A stretch of DNA of 64,000 bases, taken from Utricularia gibba. Lineage: Eukaryota; Plantae; Magnoliophyta. Position 1 is the first letter of the stretch; each line of letters opens with the position of its first letter. The stretch spans positions 2,046,001-2,110,000 of the forward strand of contig NEEC01000016.1 of NCBI GenBank assembly GCA_002189035.1, in the 5' to 3' direction. Shown here in pieces: positions 23,685 to 36,107 of the stretch. The translations under genes and the position numbers were made by a program. Below the pieces are notes generated by a model that searched no databases, was not told the DNA's origin, and saw only the letters and a program-made list of their open reading frames with translations.

Positions 23685-25502
23685 ATGGTGATTGGAAGTG
23701 AGTCTGGGTCGCGGAACCACAGGTCGTTGGGTGTAAGGATGGAGATACAGGGTTCTCTGCAGGAAGATCACATCCCTCCGCTCCACAAGAAGCCCAGAGT
23801 ACTTACTTACTGCATCCCCTGCTGTTTTTTTTTTTTTTTTTTGTTTTTTGTCCAGCGGTTTCTTATATTGTCTTTGTTTTCTGGAACTTCTTCTTTCGGA
23901 AGGTTCGGATATTTTTGGTAGATGGGTTAAGGTATTTGTTGATTAACTTGAGATAGTGACGTCTTTCACTCTTTATTGCGCAGTTGTTTCTATTGGTGTG
24001 TGCTCACTTTTCTTCTCTTAGAAAGAATTTGATACTCTGGGTTGGGGTCTTCGTGATTGTTTTGTAATGCTGCATTTGCTCCTATCTTGCCTGCAGCATG
24101 AAGAGGGTTTCAAGGCTTCATCTTCTGAGTACAACCCTCTTGATGAACCAAGTCCATTGGGATTGCGTCTCAGGAAAAGTCCATCACTTTTGGAGATAAT
24201 ACAGATGAAGCTTTCACAAGGAAGCAGCACTGAAGATGGCAACCAAAGCCGTGGTAAGAAAGACATGAAATCTGGTGTTGCTTCAGGGACAAGTTGAAAG
24301 CCTCTAATTTCCCTGGTTCACTCCTTAGAATTGGAAGTTGGGAGGTAAGATTTTGTCTTCAACAATCTTCATGTGCTTTTTTGTTCACTCAGGCTCTAAT
24401 CTGCAGTACAAATCAAGATACGAAGGCGACTTGGTAGTGAAGTTCTACTTCGCAAAACATAAGTTGGTGTGGGAAGTTCTTGATGGTGGCCTCAAGAATA
24501 AAATTGAGATTCAATGGTCTGATATTGTAGGCTTAAGAGCAGATTACCCCCGTGATGGCATGGGGACTCTAGATGTTGTGGTACTCACTCTTATCATTGT
24601 TGCATTCTCTTTTAGCTGCTGTTGTACGGTACCTCTAGGAACTCATTTCTTTTCGCTCTTTTGGAAGCTGGCACGGCAGCCGATTTTCTTTAGAGAGACG
24701 AATCCTCAACCCAGGAAGCATACCCTTTGGCAGACGGCGTCCGACTTCACCGGTGGAGTTGCTAGTATTCACAGGTCACAATCCTTTCAGTATGCTTCTG
24801 TACAGTGCGTTCTTGTTTTACTGTCATTTCTCATGGTTTGGTTCCTGCCTTCACGAATGACGGTAACGATATGATACTTGTTGTGGTTTGCAGGCGACAC
24901 TATTTGGAGTGTCCACAAGATTTGTTGGGAAAGCACTTGGAGAAGCTTGTGCAGTGTGATCCGCGCTTAAATTTACTTACCCAGCAAGAGAAAATATCAC
25001 TAGATTCGCCATATTTTGAACCGGCGGCCCATCTCTGTGATGATCAAGACGACTGCGACAATGAGCTTGATTTGAATAGAGAAAGCAGTCCTTCGTTTTT
25101 CAGTTTCCTGGAGCCGTCTTCATCGAAGAATGATGTCGACACTTTTGCGCAGACTGCAGAGTTTTTCACTCAGGAATCGCCTTCTCCAAGTTCAGGTAAC
25201 ATACTTGTGAAGTAACAGTACACATTTGTCTTTTCTCATTCCATGTGTTCAACATTTCAGCTCGGAATACATTAACTCCAGAAGACATCAGCGGCAGTGG
25301 GTTTGATCAGCTGAAGGAATTCAATAACTGGGACCGGATCGCAGTTCCTGCTCTCCATTCATCTATGTCACTGAGTGACTTAGGCACCCATCTTGACCAT
25401 CGAATATCAGAGCAGGGAACTTCCCTGAACCCCAACTTGGAATGGGAGAGCCTGCAAATCTTCGACGACGTCAACCGAAATCTGTTCAATGGCCTTCCAT
25501 GA
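23685..25502 (+). CDS. At2g24100 (ASG1)/At4g30780-family uncharacterised protein, 6 coding exons, frameshifted (recent pseudogene or consensus error)
   Basis: Exons 23685-23798, 24097-24344, 24407-24580, 24668-24774, 24894-25195 and 25261-25502, all with GT-AG introns. Family motifs YNPLDEPSPLGLRLRKSPSLL, KLKASNFP, SRYEGDLV..YFAKHKLVWEVL, FFRETNPQPRKHTLWQ, LEKLVQCDPRLN. The frame breaks at about 24288 (TGA at 24295-24297). Confidence 0.88.
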
Positions 25503-26152
25503 CATTTCTAGGCCACTCTGTATGTCAACTATAAACTCTCTCTTTAGCCCATCCACCGGAGTCATCCTGCAAACAATGAAGGTGAGCCGGTATCCAACGA
25601 TCTCGGTGCACTAGCCGACTTCTAAGAAGCAGAAGCAGGAGGCGCGGGATACACCTGTCAGGTACTTATCATACAATTTCTAGCATGCTTTCCAAGACAA
25701 TCATACTGATAGCAGTGCTGTTCCAGGTTAACTACTAATCTAAAGCGTCTGTAAAAAAAAAAAAAAACAAAAAACAAAAAAAAAAAAAAGATTCCATCTT
25801 TCTTAGGGAGATGTTAAATTCTGGAGCCAGTATCTTACTGCTACGTAAAATTTTGCACGTACCTTAAGATCCACAAACAAAAAAAAAAAGAAAAGAAAAA
25901 GAGTTCAGCCAAAGATCCAACGGCATCACACACTTTTTATGACACTGTAGCTTCCGCTTACACAAGATTTTAGGTAGATTGTCCAATTTTAAACACAGAT
26001 GACGATGTTCAGAAGCGCGGCCAGGAGTTGAGAAACAAGATCCAAATTTCAAACATATGAAGAACACATTACAGAAGCAAGGCGATATGTGCACTGCTTG
26101 TAGACTAATACACAAGATTCATTCACATTTGATCTTAACATCTTTCCAACTG

Positions 26153-26983
26153 TTAGTTATTGCTACTATTTTGTCCATTCTCAACACCTAAACCATACAA
26201 TACACCAGAGTATTTCTCCAGTGAACCGCTAAAGTAACTCTCCTTGAGCTTCCTGAAAGTGCAAGAGGTAAGCAAGCTATCGGAGCCAGCTTGATGGGAA
26301 ACTCCAACTCTCTCCACATCCAACAACTCGGCAAGCTTGTTCAGACCACCGTGGAGACTATTCGAAAACTTCATTAGATGCTTGATATCATAGAGGACAG
26401 GGAAGAATATGTTGATCAATTCAAAGAACCCAGCTTGTGTATCAGGAAGGTTCTGGCATGTAAGAAGCTTCAGCAAGTATCCAAAATCGTAGCCACTATG
26501 AAAAGTCACCCACTGGACACTGTCATTCAAGACAATGCCTGAGGACATAAGAAGTTCCCCGAAACGTCTAGCGTCAACGCCCTTCTCGTGATTGAGCATA
26601 AAATCAAAACCGCTTTCAAGCAATAGCTCGATAGAATCGTTTGCAAAGACATCCTCATTAGGATTAAATTCACGGAAGTTGAACTGCCAGATGCAGTGTT
26701 TATCAGTCCCACAGGTCGGCAGATTCCCTTCCTCGTCAGAAAAAGTAAGGCCCAGTTGAATCAACTTCAACAAATCAACGTTATCCTTCAATGTTTGGTA
26801 ATGGAAGTCACTAGGGTTCTTGAAATTGCCAAGGGGACGTAGAACTACGCCGGGGAACTCTGTGTCCATCGCAATGTATGGATACTTATCGACAATTTCA
26901 CGGATCAACATGAACTCCTCTTCTAAATTTTCCGCCCAGACATCCCGAATATGAATCGAATCGGTTTTCGGCAAAAGGGACAT
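26153..26983 (-). CDS. CAF1: CCR4-associated factor 1 (CAF1/POP2) DEDD deadenylase, intronless CDS, 276 aa
   Basis: Open frame from ATG 26983 (MSLLPK). Contains [38 protein letters not shown] and [10 protein letters not shown], so the catalytic residues are present. The ORF-track start at 26998 is a TTG. Confidence 0.97.
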   Translation of the reverse strand: MSLLPKTDSIHIRDVWAENLEEEFMLIREIVDKYPYIAMDTEFPGVVLRPLGNFKNPSDFHYQTLKDNVDLLKLIQLGLTFSDEEGNLPTCGTDKHCIWQFNFREFNPNEDVFANDSIELLLESGFDFMLNHEKGVDARRFGELLMSSGIVLNDSVQWVTFHSGYDFGYLLKLLTCQNLPDTQAGFFELINIFFPVLYDIKHLMKFSNSLHGGLNKLAELLDVERVGVSHQAGSDSLLTSCTFRKLKESYFSGSLEKYSGVLYGLGVENGQNSSNN

Positions 26984-27003
26984 TCCCACAGAACACAATC
27001 AAA

Positions 27004-27370
27004 CTAACTTCAACAAAAAATGCCGTCTAGCACTTCCCGCGACCATACAAAATTCGATATTTATCGAGGCGCCAAGCCGGATCTGGTCGAATACCACGGA
27101 TTCTCAAGTTATCTGCAGAAAGACAGCACTCAGGATCAGACCAACTCGAAAAACCAGCGACGACATATAAGCCTGACAATTCTCAAGGCGAAGAATGCCT
27201 CCGCGAAATTTCAGTATAGACAACAGTCGCGAGATCTGAGAAAAAGGCGTGGCGTGGCTTCAAAATTAGATCTGCGGAAGAATCCCCAAAGTTTTCGGTC
27301 AACGCCAACCCTAGATCTTCGGTGAACCCAAAGGCTACAAGAAACAAAAATTCGATTAAGGGAACCTCAC
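27004..27370 (-). other. Predicted 5'-UTR intron of CAF1
   Basis: Donor GAG|GTGAGG at 27370 on the minus strand. T-rich acceptor ending in AG at 27008 or 27004, 21-25 nt before the ATG. Confidence 0.6.
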
Positions 27371-27439
27371 CTCAGAGTCACAAGCAAAGGATCCGCCCCA
27401 GTTAAACCCAAGATCCACAATCCTCAGGCAAACGCACAG

Positions 27440-27842
27440 AAAAGGTGCTCGTCTTCGACCCCCGAGGAAATATTTATATGCGGGCGTATGGAGAGAGGCG
27501 AGGGACGACTCTTATCAGGGTTTGGACGGCCCAGATTGAGGCGGCGATGGAGATGCGTTCCACTTTTATTCGTCGTGGGCGGAAAATCTCAACTCCGAGG
27601 GGCAGCTGCGGGACCTGCCTTTCTTTTCCGAATTATTAAACTTTGAATATAATATTAGGGCTTGTGATTAATCTTCTGAATAAGACCCTTCTTCAAGTCT
27701 TCCTCCGGTTGACTCGATTAGTCCAAAGAGACAGCTGTATAAAACGATGTGATGCAGTTCTCCCTCCGGGTTTAGGGTTGCGTATCGCTCGAACGCCTGT
27801 CGGAAGTCGTGACTTGGAGTGCCTTGTCCCTAACTTTTCCCG
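27440..27842. promoter_or_regulatory. Short divergent (bidirectional) promoter region between CAF1 and the plastid-protein gene
   Basis: Minus-strand TATA-like ATATAAATA at about 27471-27479, plus-strand TATAAAA at about 27738, GGCCCA at about 27528 and telo-box-like GGGTTTAGGGTT at about 27768. Confidence 0.55.
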
Positions 27843-29054
27843 ATGGCCGCTGCCTTGCCGATGTCCGCTTCCGGTAGGCTTACGTGCTTATATTTCAGCG
27901 AACTTGGATGTGTCTCTGTTATCGATTTGACCTACTAGTGTGTAGCGTAGAATGTTGATTCCTCAATATTTGAGCTGATTGTTGGACTTTTGAAGCTATT
28001 TGGGTGAATTTTTACTCTTCGTTTCTAAATGACCCCTTCGTTTTTTATCAGGAGGAAAGCAAATCAAGACCTGCAGTTTTTCCTCCATCAGTTCGGGCGC
28101 TTTTTCTATGTCCCAGACTCTGAAACTCCCCAAGAATGCTCGCTCCCGTGCCAAGGCGGGCATTTCTATTCTTGCTCAGCACAAGTATGAGGTTTTCTGG
28201 TTGTTATTAATGCAAAATAAGGTTGTTGATTGGGAAGAGAGTTTTTCTTATTTTACACAGAAGCTGCGCTGCATGCTAATGGATATTCTCACATTAATCT
28301 CGGCAGTTTTACCTCAAAAACGTATCTTATTCACTTATAAATGATTTATGTTCATGATTATGGTTTAGCCACTGATGGCTATAGTATCACTGTTGGCATT
28401 TAGTTCGTTTATCCCAAAACTCACTGACCTTACTAGTAAAGCCTGGGCAGCTCTAAATATGTTCTCAAGTTCCAATTTTTTTATTTGTGCAAGTAACCAA
28501 AGAGGTGGAGGTGGTGCCGAATTTGTGGCCGGCTTCCTTCTTGGAGGTGCTGTGTTTGGAACTCTTGCATATATATTTGCTCCACAGGTAACTGGAAGAT
28601 ATTTATTCCTTCTCTGCTGTGTGTAATGCCCTTGTTCTTCTTCGTAGTACGGCATCATCTTTGTGAACTGCATTCCTGTGCAGGCACACATCATATTATC
28701 ATTATGCATTTTTGCATCGCCGCCCTATGTTAGCAAACTCTGATGTGCCTTTCTCTTGAATCATTAGATAAGAAGATCACTTCTGAATGAAGATGAGTAT
28801 GGCTTCACGCGTGCTAAGAGGCCGATGTACTATGATGAAGGACTGGAGGTAAGTTTGGGCGTGGCCTGAACTTGACTCTCAAATCCAAGTTCCAAAACCA
28901 TTCATGTTGTGACATGCAGAAGACGCGGCAGACACTGAATGAGAAAATCAACCAACTGAACTCAGCCATCGACAACGTTTCTTCTCGCTTGAGAGGAGCT
29001 GCCAAACTCCCCCAGGTTCCGGTTGATACAGACGTCGAGGAAGCCTCTCTGTGA
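27843..29054 (+). CDS. At5g16660/At3g02900-family putative plastid membrane protein, 5 exons, 157 aa, intact
   Basis: Exons 27843-27873, 28052-28184, 28494-28587, 28768-28848 and 28920-29054 sum to 474 nt in frame with GT-AG introns. Ser-rich transit-peptide-like N-terminus, then FVAGFLLGGAVFGTLAYIFAPQIRRSLLNEDEYGF..YYDEGLEKTRQTLNEKINQLNSAIDNVSSRLRG. Confidence 0.93.
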
Positions 29055-29775
29055 AGAACATCTCAAAGGCTGCCGCATGCTTGTTTCTGGTTTGGGACCA
29101 TCTATCTGCTTTAGTGGAACAAAAAGCTTTGGTTTTTTGAACTCGCCGCTATCGAATCAATGAAGGAGCTGCTGCTGCTATGTATGATTCTGCTGGAAGC
29201 AGATCCCACTTGGGGACCATCGGAATGCGCTTTAATTTTCAGATTTATGGTTACCTACTTGCGATGATACTAATCCCCCAACCAGAGCATGGAACCTTCG
29301 ATTTTATGATTCCAGCAACCAAGCGCATGTGCTTTCTTGATGGATTCCATCACTAATAAATGAATGTTATTAATATTTCAATGGAGAAATTTGTTCGTTG
29401 GGAAAAAGCGAAGGGGAAGAAGGCACTGCATTTCTTTACAGTGCTGAAAATGAGCATTGCTAGCATTCTCCTCAAAGCAAATTCATGCCGTGGGATATGA
29501 TACTTTACCACAAATACCTGATCATATATATGGGTCTTATCATAGTTTTAAATAGAAAAATTATATGTATAAACATATATTATGATTAATGAGAATGTAC
29601 CATTTTCTCCACATTTGTTATCAAATTCTTCATGGTATCCGAATGATAATGATTTATGTTGCTTCATCTTACTATTCTTTTGTCAAACTACCTTATTCGG
29701 CAGCTTTGGCTCCTGCTTCATTTCTAATTGTTCTAGCTCCTCCTCCATTTCCAAATGTTCCATTGACCATAATTA

Positions 29776-30058
29776 CGCCATGTTTGGTTCGCAGATTTAG
29801 CCAGGTTTATAGATACATTTAATATTTTAGAGTATTTGACATGTAGATTATTGTCGGGTATAACTTTACATGATAAATTTAGATAAGCGTACTAATAATC
29901 CATATATATGGGTTTATATAAACTCACCTAAAATATGTATTTAAATATACTCTTCTTATAATATACTTCACTTTTCAATGTAACTCTTATTTTAAAAGGT
30001 ATTTAAGTAATTTCATACATAAACACATTTTTTATAAATCAGCATACCAAACGTATAT
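29776..30058. mobile_element. Possible Tourist/PIF-like MITE
   Basis: Imperfect TIRs (CATGTTTGGTTCGCAGATTT and AAATCAGCATACCAAACGTA) around an AT-rich interior. TTA on the left, but the TSD is not cleanly matched on the right. Confidence 0.4.
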
Positions 30059-30289
30059 AATAACAAACATAAATAATATTAATGGAACAAGTTTTCTCAC
30101 AAAACCCATGGTTATAGATAGGGACATCTATGGATTGGATATTATCCTAAAACGATTAAAATCAAATCCGTTCAAAACTCAATAAATTTAATTTTTTTAC
30201 ATGAATATTTTTTATATCAATATAATCTCTTTAAAGAGAAAATATGTTTCATAATTTTTCAAAATAATTTTGACCTAAATTAGAAGAAA

Positions 30290-30500
30290 TTACAATTGAT
30301 TTTGGAGGAGTTGAAATTGGGCTATTTGGATGAAGATCCAATAAATTATTTTCGATTAAGAGAAAATTTAGACTTTATTTTAAAAAATTTGGATTTTTTC
30401 TTAAAATATTTAGATAGAATATTTGATACAATACTATCAAGGAAGCCTAGTAAATATTCAAGACTTAAGCACCAAGCTATGGGGAGTTCCAAAATCTTTG
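30290..30500 (+). mobile_element. Decayed fragment of family C LTR
   Basis: Aligns by eye to about 45030-45240 (TTGGATGAAGA...TCAAG(G/A)AAGCCT). Confidence 0.55.
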
Positions 30501-30942
30501 AGTTAGTATAGAAGTCAAGAATTAAGTCCAATACTTTGAGAAGTTGCATCTCTTGGTAAGAGGTACAACATTTTGAGATGATAATAGGGTTTTAATTCTA
30601 CACTCACGAATATCTACTTTAGAAGAGTAAGCAATAGTTTTAGGTATTCAGCTCAGCTATCCATTTCTTGGTTTTGGCTTACACAACACTTAATTTTTTT
30701 GATCTTGCTTCAGTTTCTAAGCTCACAAAGAGAAATTCCTCATGAACTTCTTGCTTTTCTTGATTTTTTTTTCAAAGTGTTTTCCAACAAGTCCAAGCAT
30801 AATATCTCAAATATTCTCGAAATTACTGGGATAATTTATGACATCCTTAATATAAAGTGTAATCTTATCTTTCTTCAATGTACAACTTGATTATACCCTT
30901 TTTTACATTAATAATTACTTTGAAGAGCCCAAAAATGGTCTT

Positions 30943-32252
30943 TGATAAACGGAAATTTTAGCATATCATTGCAATTAAAGCAAAATTCCTTATCAAATAA
31001 ATTTATAGTTCCTAATCTACACAAAATACAATTTTAGAAAACTTGTATAGTGGATGTTGGGATCGATCATGAAGAGCTTGTGCTTGTTAAGTGTTTTAAT
31101 AGATGCATAATTTGGGACAACAGTCAATCTAAGTCTAAACTCGGACCAACAATGGTAAACAAGTTCGGTAAACAAATTAGATCTCAACGCTAAAGGAAAC
31201 AGGTACTGGTTCTAACTCGGAATAATATGGAGATGCCTTAAGGGTCTGCAGGTAGTGTGATGTTAAGGTGCCTAATTTAATTTATCATGTTCCTACACTC
31301 ACAACTTCAAATAACCTAAGTCTACCCAAGTCATTCATCATATTTTCGGCTAACCTAGTTCCCAATATCATAACCAACATTGTAATTAGGTCTACCCACA
31401 TGCAAAGCATATAGAACTAGGTCTACCCTAGACTAACACCTACTTCTCTCGTCTTGATTTGCTGGTCTACCTCTAAATCAAGCATCTAAGTTGTGAAACT
31501 ACTTGTTCCCCTCCTTAGGTCTACCCATGGACTGATAGAAACAAGAGTTAAGAAACAAACATAAATTATATCATTAACCCTAGATTCACACAACCATACT
31601 TCACCTTAAGGCATCCCTAAGGTTTTCGTATGAAAGATAAATCATGATATCATTAAGATAAACTGAAGAGAATAGCAAAGACATTGTAAAACAGCAGTCA
31701 AAGTAATTAAAAATCCAGGAAACTAAAGATAGAGTGTCTTTGTTCGCGATCTGCTACTGTTCACTACCTAGAACAGTAGCGTTGAATTAGGTCTTTGATG
31801 CCATTCTTCAATTCTTTGGTCTAACTTCTGGAGAAATCACATTCATCTTCCTTCGTTCGTGTTCCTCCCCTCCTCTCCTGGGGTCTGGTCGTGTTCTCTT
31901 CCTTCTCCCTTCTCCAAAAATATCTTCACATCTTTTTTTTATTTTTCAAAATCAATCCACTGTTCTTGACATCTGTACTATTCCTGGCCTGAACCTGTAG
32001 ACTGTAGGCGACTGAATATTAATCATGTTTCCTCCTTATGTCTCGTGCCCCTTCGAATTTTACTCATAAACTAGTTAAATGTGATCCACAATGTTGCTAA
32101 CACTAAATTACTGATTTAGTCTACATAATGCATAAAAATACAAATAACACTAAAATTAACAAAATATAAAAAATCATAGTTAAAATACATAATTTCATCA
32201 TTAAACATCTAAATTTCATAACCTAAAAACACTAATAAAATGTGTGTTATTA
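30943..32252 (-). mobile_element. Solo LTR, Athila-type family E, with perfect TSD
   Basis: Bounded by TGATAAAC...GTGTTATTA. TSD GTCTT at 30938-30942 and 32253-32257. Reverse-complement homolog of 45671-46991 and 51392-52816. Confidence 0.9.
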
Positions 32253-32555
32253 GTCTTCATAAATGATGGTTGCGCTCTTTGAACCTCTAGAAAGCATATT
32301 TATCACATAAAAATTAGAAATATCAAATATTTAATTTTTACTAAAACATTTTCCACTAGTATCTTTGGAGAAATTACCCTTTGATTCATTAACTCTATTT
32401 GCACTCATGAAACTGTAAGCAATCCAACCAGAGTCTTGTAAACATAATATGACATATCATAGATAGAAACTACCAAATCAATTATTACTCTCTTGATATT
32501 TAAATCTCTAATTTCCCAAGGAATAAAAAAATTATTTAAGTCTTTGCATTTTTTT

Positions 32556-32945
32556 TATAAGTAATTTTGTATCCTAAAATATTTTTTTTCATCATTTTCA
32601 AAAGTTTTTTATACCTACTTCCCCCATTAATTGTATCTTTTATATTAATTTGATCTTGTTGAAGAGAAAGTGAATTATGAATCTTTAGAGCATTTTTAGG
32701 TCAATTTGAAGATAAATCCAAACTCAATAATTTATGAATGTTAGAAAGCACAAATCTGAGCCCAAGAATAAATTGAAAGATGAAGATTTGATTCCACGAT
32801 TCATAAAGATTTGAGGACTATCTTAAAAAAGTTAGATAAAAAGATTTAAATAAAATATATTACTCAATCTCATTAAGCAAGTTCAATATAGAATTCAAAA
32901 CTCTCCTATAAATACTTCTCTTTCAACCATTTGAAACATTTAGTT
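32556..32945 (+). mobile_element. Decayed 5' part of family C LTR
   Basis: Collinear similarity to 7679-8100, including ATAAGTAATTTTGT and CTCTCCTATAAATAC. Confidence 0.6.
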
Positions 32946-33123
32946 CTTATGCATGTAGGATATAAAATAATAGCAATTGAAATAAACAAGCTACAGGGGT
33001 GAATGAACACAGAAATTAATGGGAATGCATAAAAGTTAATGGAAACTAGGGTTTAAATATCTTTTCAGAGTGCGTTGAAAATAGGCTCAATTGTTTTCAA
33101 TTGAGCTTTTTTTCACAACAAAT

Positions 33124-34081
33124 TAATAAATAAAAAATATTGCAATATCATTAAAATGCAAATTTCTCGTATCAAATGAATTTATAAGCCTAATTCATAG
33201 ATATGAAAAATATGAGCATAGTGGACTAGAGTTGAACAAAAGGAGTTATGTGCTTACTATGTGAGAGTCAATGCATTCAGATTTTGTCACATTCAAGAGA
33301 TTTAATTTAAACTAAGATTAAATCAATTCAATGATAATGTGCAGAAAGATAGTAAATGGGGTAGCATGCTAATCACCACAACTATTTCACTCAAACCTAA
33401 AATCATTCATCTAACAAGCAAAGTCTCAAGTCTACCCAAACCCATGCTTTTCCATAATTTTTGGTCTACCTCTAATTAGGGCTGTTTATGATGAAAACCA
33501 CTACCTCCCCCTCCTAGATATATTTTGGTTTGTTAAGGAAGTAGAGTGATTAAGTAGTAGTGTGGTCTAGTGAACAATAAGCATGCTCATCCCACTTTAT
33601 CCCAAAACACCTTTAAGTGCCTAGCCACTCATATTTTTGTGACATTTCATGAACATCACCTTGGTTCTAAAGTTCAAAAACAACATAAAACGCATAAAAG
33701 AAACATCAACAACAAATACTTCTCACAGAAAAACTAAAACAACTCCTAGGTAAGAATAATGTCCTTTATAAGCAGAAGAAAGCTTTAGAAGATGGCTTGA
33801 CTCATGGTTTCGTCTGCTTCGTTATTCCAAAAATCTATTTTTTTTTCTTCACATTGGAAATTGGGTGTACTTGATTCAACCTTTGTCCAGATCTCCTGAA
33901 ACTTCACTGTTGTCTTTCGGCCCCTCGAGATTTGGGTTGCTGAAACGTGCTACATTGCTCAAGAAATTGATTAGAATTAAGATTGGGACTAAATCTTTGT
34001 CTACACACAATATAATCCGAGTTTTATAATAAAATATTAATAATTTTCATACGTTAAAACACTCAAAAATATGTGTTATGA
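33124..34081 (-). mobile_element. Athila-type LTR, family A
   Basis: Collinear with 461-1319 and 42135-43287. Both termini are mutated and no TSD is visible. Confidence 0.75.
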
Positions 34082-34289
34082 TAAATATATTACTACGAAC
34101 TAAATGCACGAAAGTAAACAATTACACATATGAAACAACATTTTACCACATAAAACTACCTGAAAAACACACACAAAAATATAATAAAAATGGTGTTATC
34201 ACCACTATATCACAAAGAGCATACACAGGAGAAAAAATTACAAATAATTTTTTAATATATCTTGAAAAATTGAAAAATTAAAGGGTTCG

Positions 34290-36107
34290 TGCTGATATAT
34301 CTCTCGATGCTTGCTCTGCCAATCTGTTGAGCCAGCCGTATGTCTATCGGACTTTTGGCCTTGTCTCTAAGATCGTCATTGACTGGGATGTACTTCATAA
34401 TCTTCCTCAGTAGTTCCCTGAGGTTCTTTGGTGGGGATTTCGATAGGCTCTACCCCAACTTGGAATTTCCCAGAGCCCGTTTCATTATATCCACTATTTC
34501 CTTGAGATCCAGTAGGACATTCTGTTCTAGACACTTGAACCGATCGATAAACTTCCTTAGACTCTCTTTTGGTGGTCATACTAAATGGAATATACTGTCA
34601 CGTTAGATGGTGAGGCTTCGATGTTAACAGTATATTGGGTCGTGAAGAGTAACACCAGCTCCCTATAAGACGTCACACTACATGGTTGCAGTTGTTTGAA
34701 CCAAGTCTTCGCTCTCCTTTGAAGTGAGCAATCAAACAACTTGCATTTCATAGCCTTGGTATGTCGAACTATTGCCATCCTCATATTGAAATCGATAACA
34801 TGGGATATGGGATTCTTCTTCCCATCATATGTCGGCAAATCGTCTAGTACTCTGAATCCTCTTTCACGTTCTTCCCTGATTAGTTCATCCGAAAAGGTCA
34901 AAGCACAAGGATGATGTTCTAATTAAACCCTGTGCACTCCTTTTCAAATCCAGATTAATGTCGATCAGTACAACCCTGCACCCCATGCAAACATTCTGTT
35001 GGAAGGCGTCTTGGAAACCTAAGCCTTCCCTTACTAACTGCTCTGTCCTCAAACCGATCTCCTTTTTCTTGGCAAGAACTTCTTCCAAATCTTTTCTTAG
35101 CTCCCCTTAACTTCTATCTAAGATCTCTCTTGCCCTTTCTTTCCTATTCATGCTTGGGTCATAGATGATTTTATCGTAGCTTTTTCTTCTCAACAACTCC
35201 TCCACCGTTTATCACTCAATCTCAGTTTCTTGAAGGTACTCTTGCTCCATTGGTTCCTTTCAAGCCCCTCTTGCCATTTTCGGGGTTTCTCTTGTGCATT
35301 TGAGTTCAGCTAGGATGATGATTTGATATTCGAAAATATTTCTATCATCAAGGCCTTAGGTTGTTCCCAGTTTATCACCATCAATCTGGGTTCCTGAGCA
35401 CTAGTACTTCCTTCATTGCTGGTGTTAATATTTTCCATGTCAAGGAGTTGCTAGATAGCTTTTGTGGGTTCTCAAATGGGATGATAGATCTTGCCCCATG
35501 ATGGGTGCCAAAATGTTGTGGTCGAAAATTGGGATTATGGGTCGTTCCAATTTCCGGTTGTGAGTTCGAGTTTGCCGATTTGGATTATGTTTTTGGAAAA
35601 GGCAAAAAGTGGTAAATGTGGCCAAGAGTTTTTACGTGAAAACCATTGAAAAAAAAACCATAGAGTCGGAGGGGCTCACCGGTGAAAAAGCTTTCACTAA
35701 GGGGTGGAAAGATGGGATTACAAGTGATGTGAAGAATGCAAAATCATTCCCTTTGTCTTCGATCGTTCTCCTATTTATAGGAGAAATTCAGCCGACCGAT
35801 TTCTAAGGATGTCAGTTACTTTATGTGCTTAGTGGTTATGCCAGCTGCATAGGTGGTCTTGCTGACATACAGTCGACTCCTGTCCTGGAGCTCCTACAAG
35901 TCCGCAATTTTTCAGATTCTTTTGAAACAGTTGTCACTGCCATCTCTTTCTGCTTGATTGATTCCATCTAGTGAGAACAGATTTGATATCCCATCTTTCG
36001 ACCAATTTATGCTACCTTCTTATAATCATCTCCACATGGCATCTACCGATTTCTTACTCCATCAAAGATCTCGTGGATCGCTCTTATGCAAGGTATCAAA
36101 TCCTACA
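34290..36107 (-). mobile_element. Truncated Tat-type gypsy element: 5' LTR, PBS, partial gag
   Basis: PBS TGGCACCCATCATGGGGC on the minus strand at 35493-35510, with the LTR end at 35514. Gag (ORF 34581-34901, MKCKLFDCSLQRRAKTWFKQL) is closely similar to gag at 50202-50570. The outer LTR edge is approximate. Confidence 0.85.

Noticed and set aside
24254-24286. Mini-intron that might rescue the frameshift
   Set aside because: It is 33 nt, a multiple of three and too short, so the frame would stay broken.
25753-25790. Poly(A) tail of a SINE or retrocopy
   Set aside because: No TSD or upstream element body. It is better explained as the minus-strand polypyrimidine tract before the AG at 25749.
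27020-27325. 101-aa plus-strand ORF
   Set aside because: It lies antisense within the predicted CAF1 5'-UTR intron and has no recognisable motif.
28330-28400. Possible intronic C/D snoRNA (ATGATT...CTGA)
   Set aside because: The boxes are too close together, with no terminal stem or recognisable rRNA guide.
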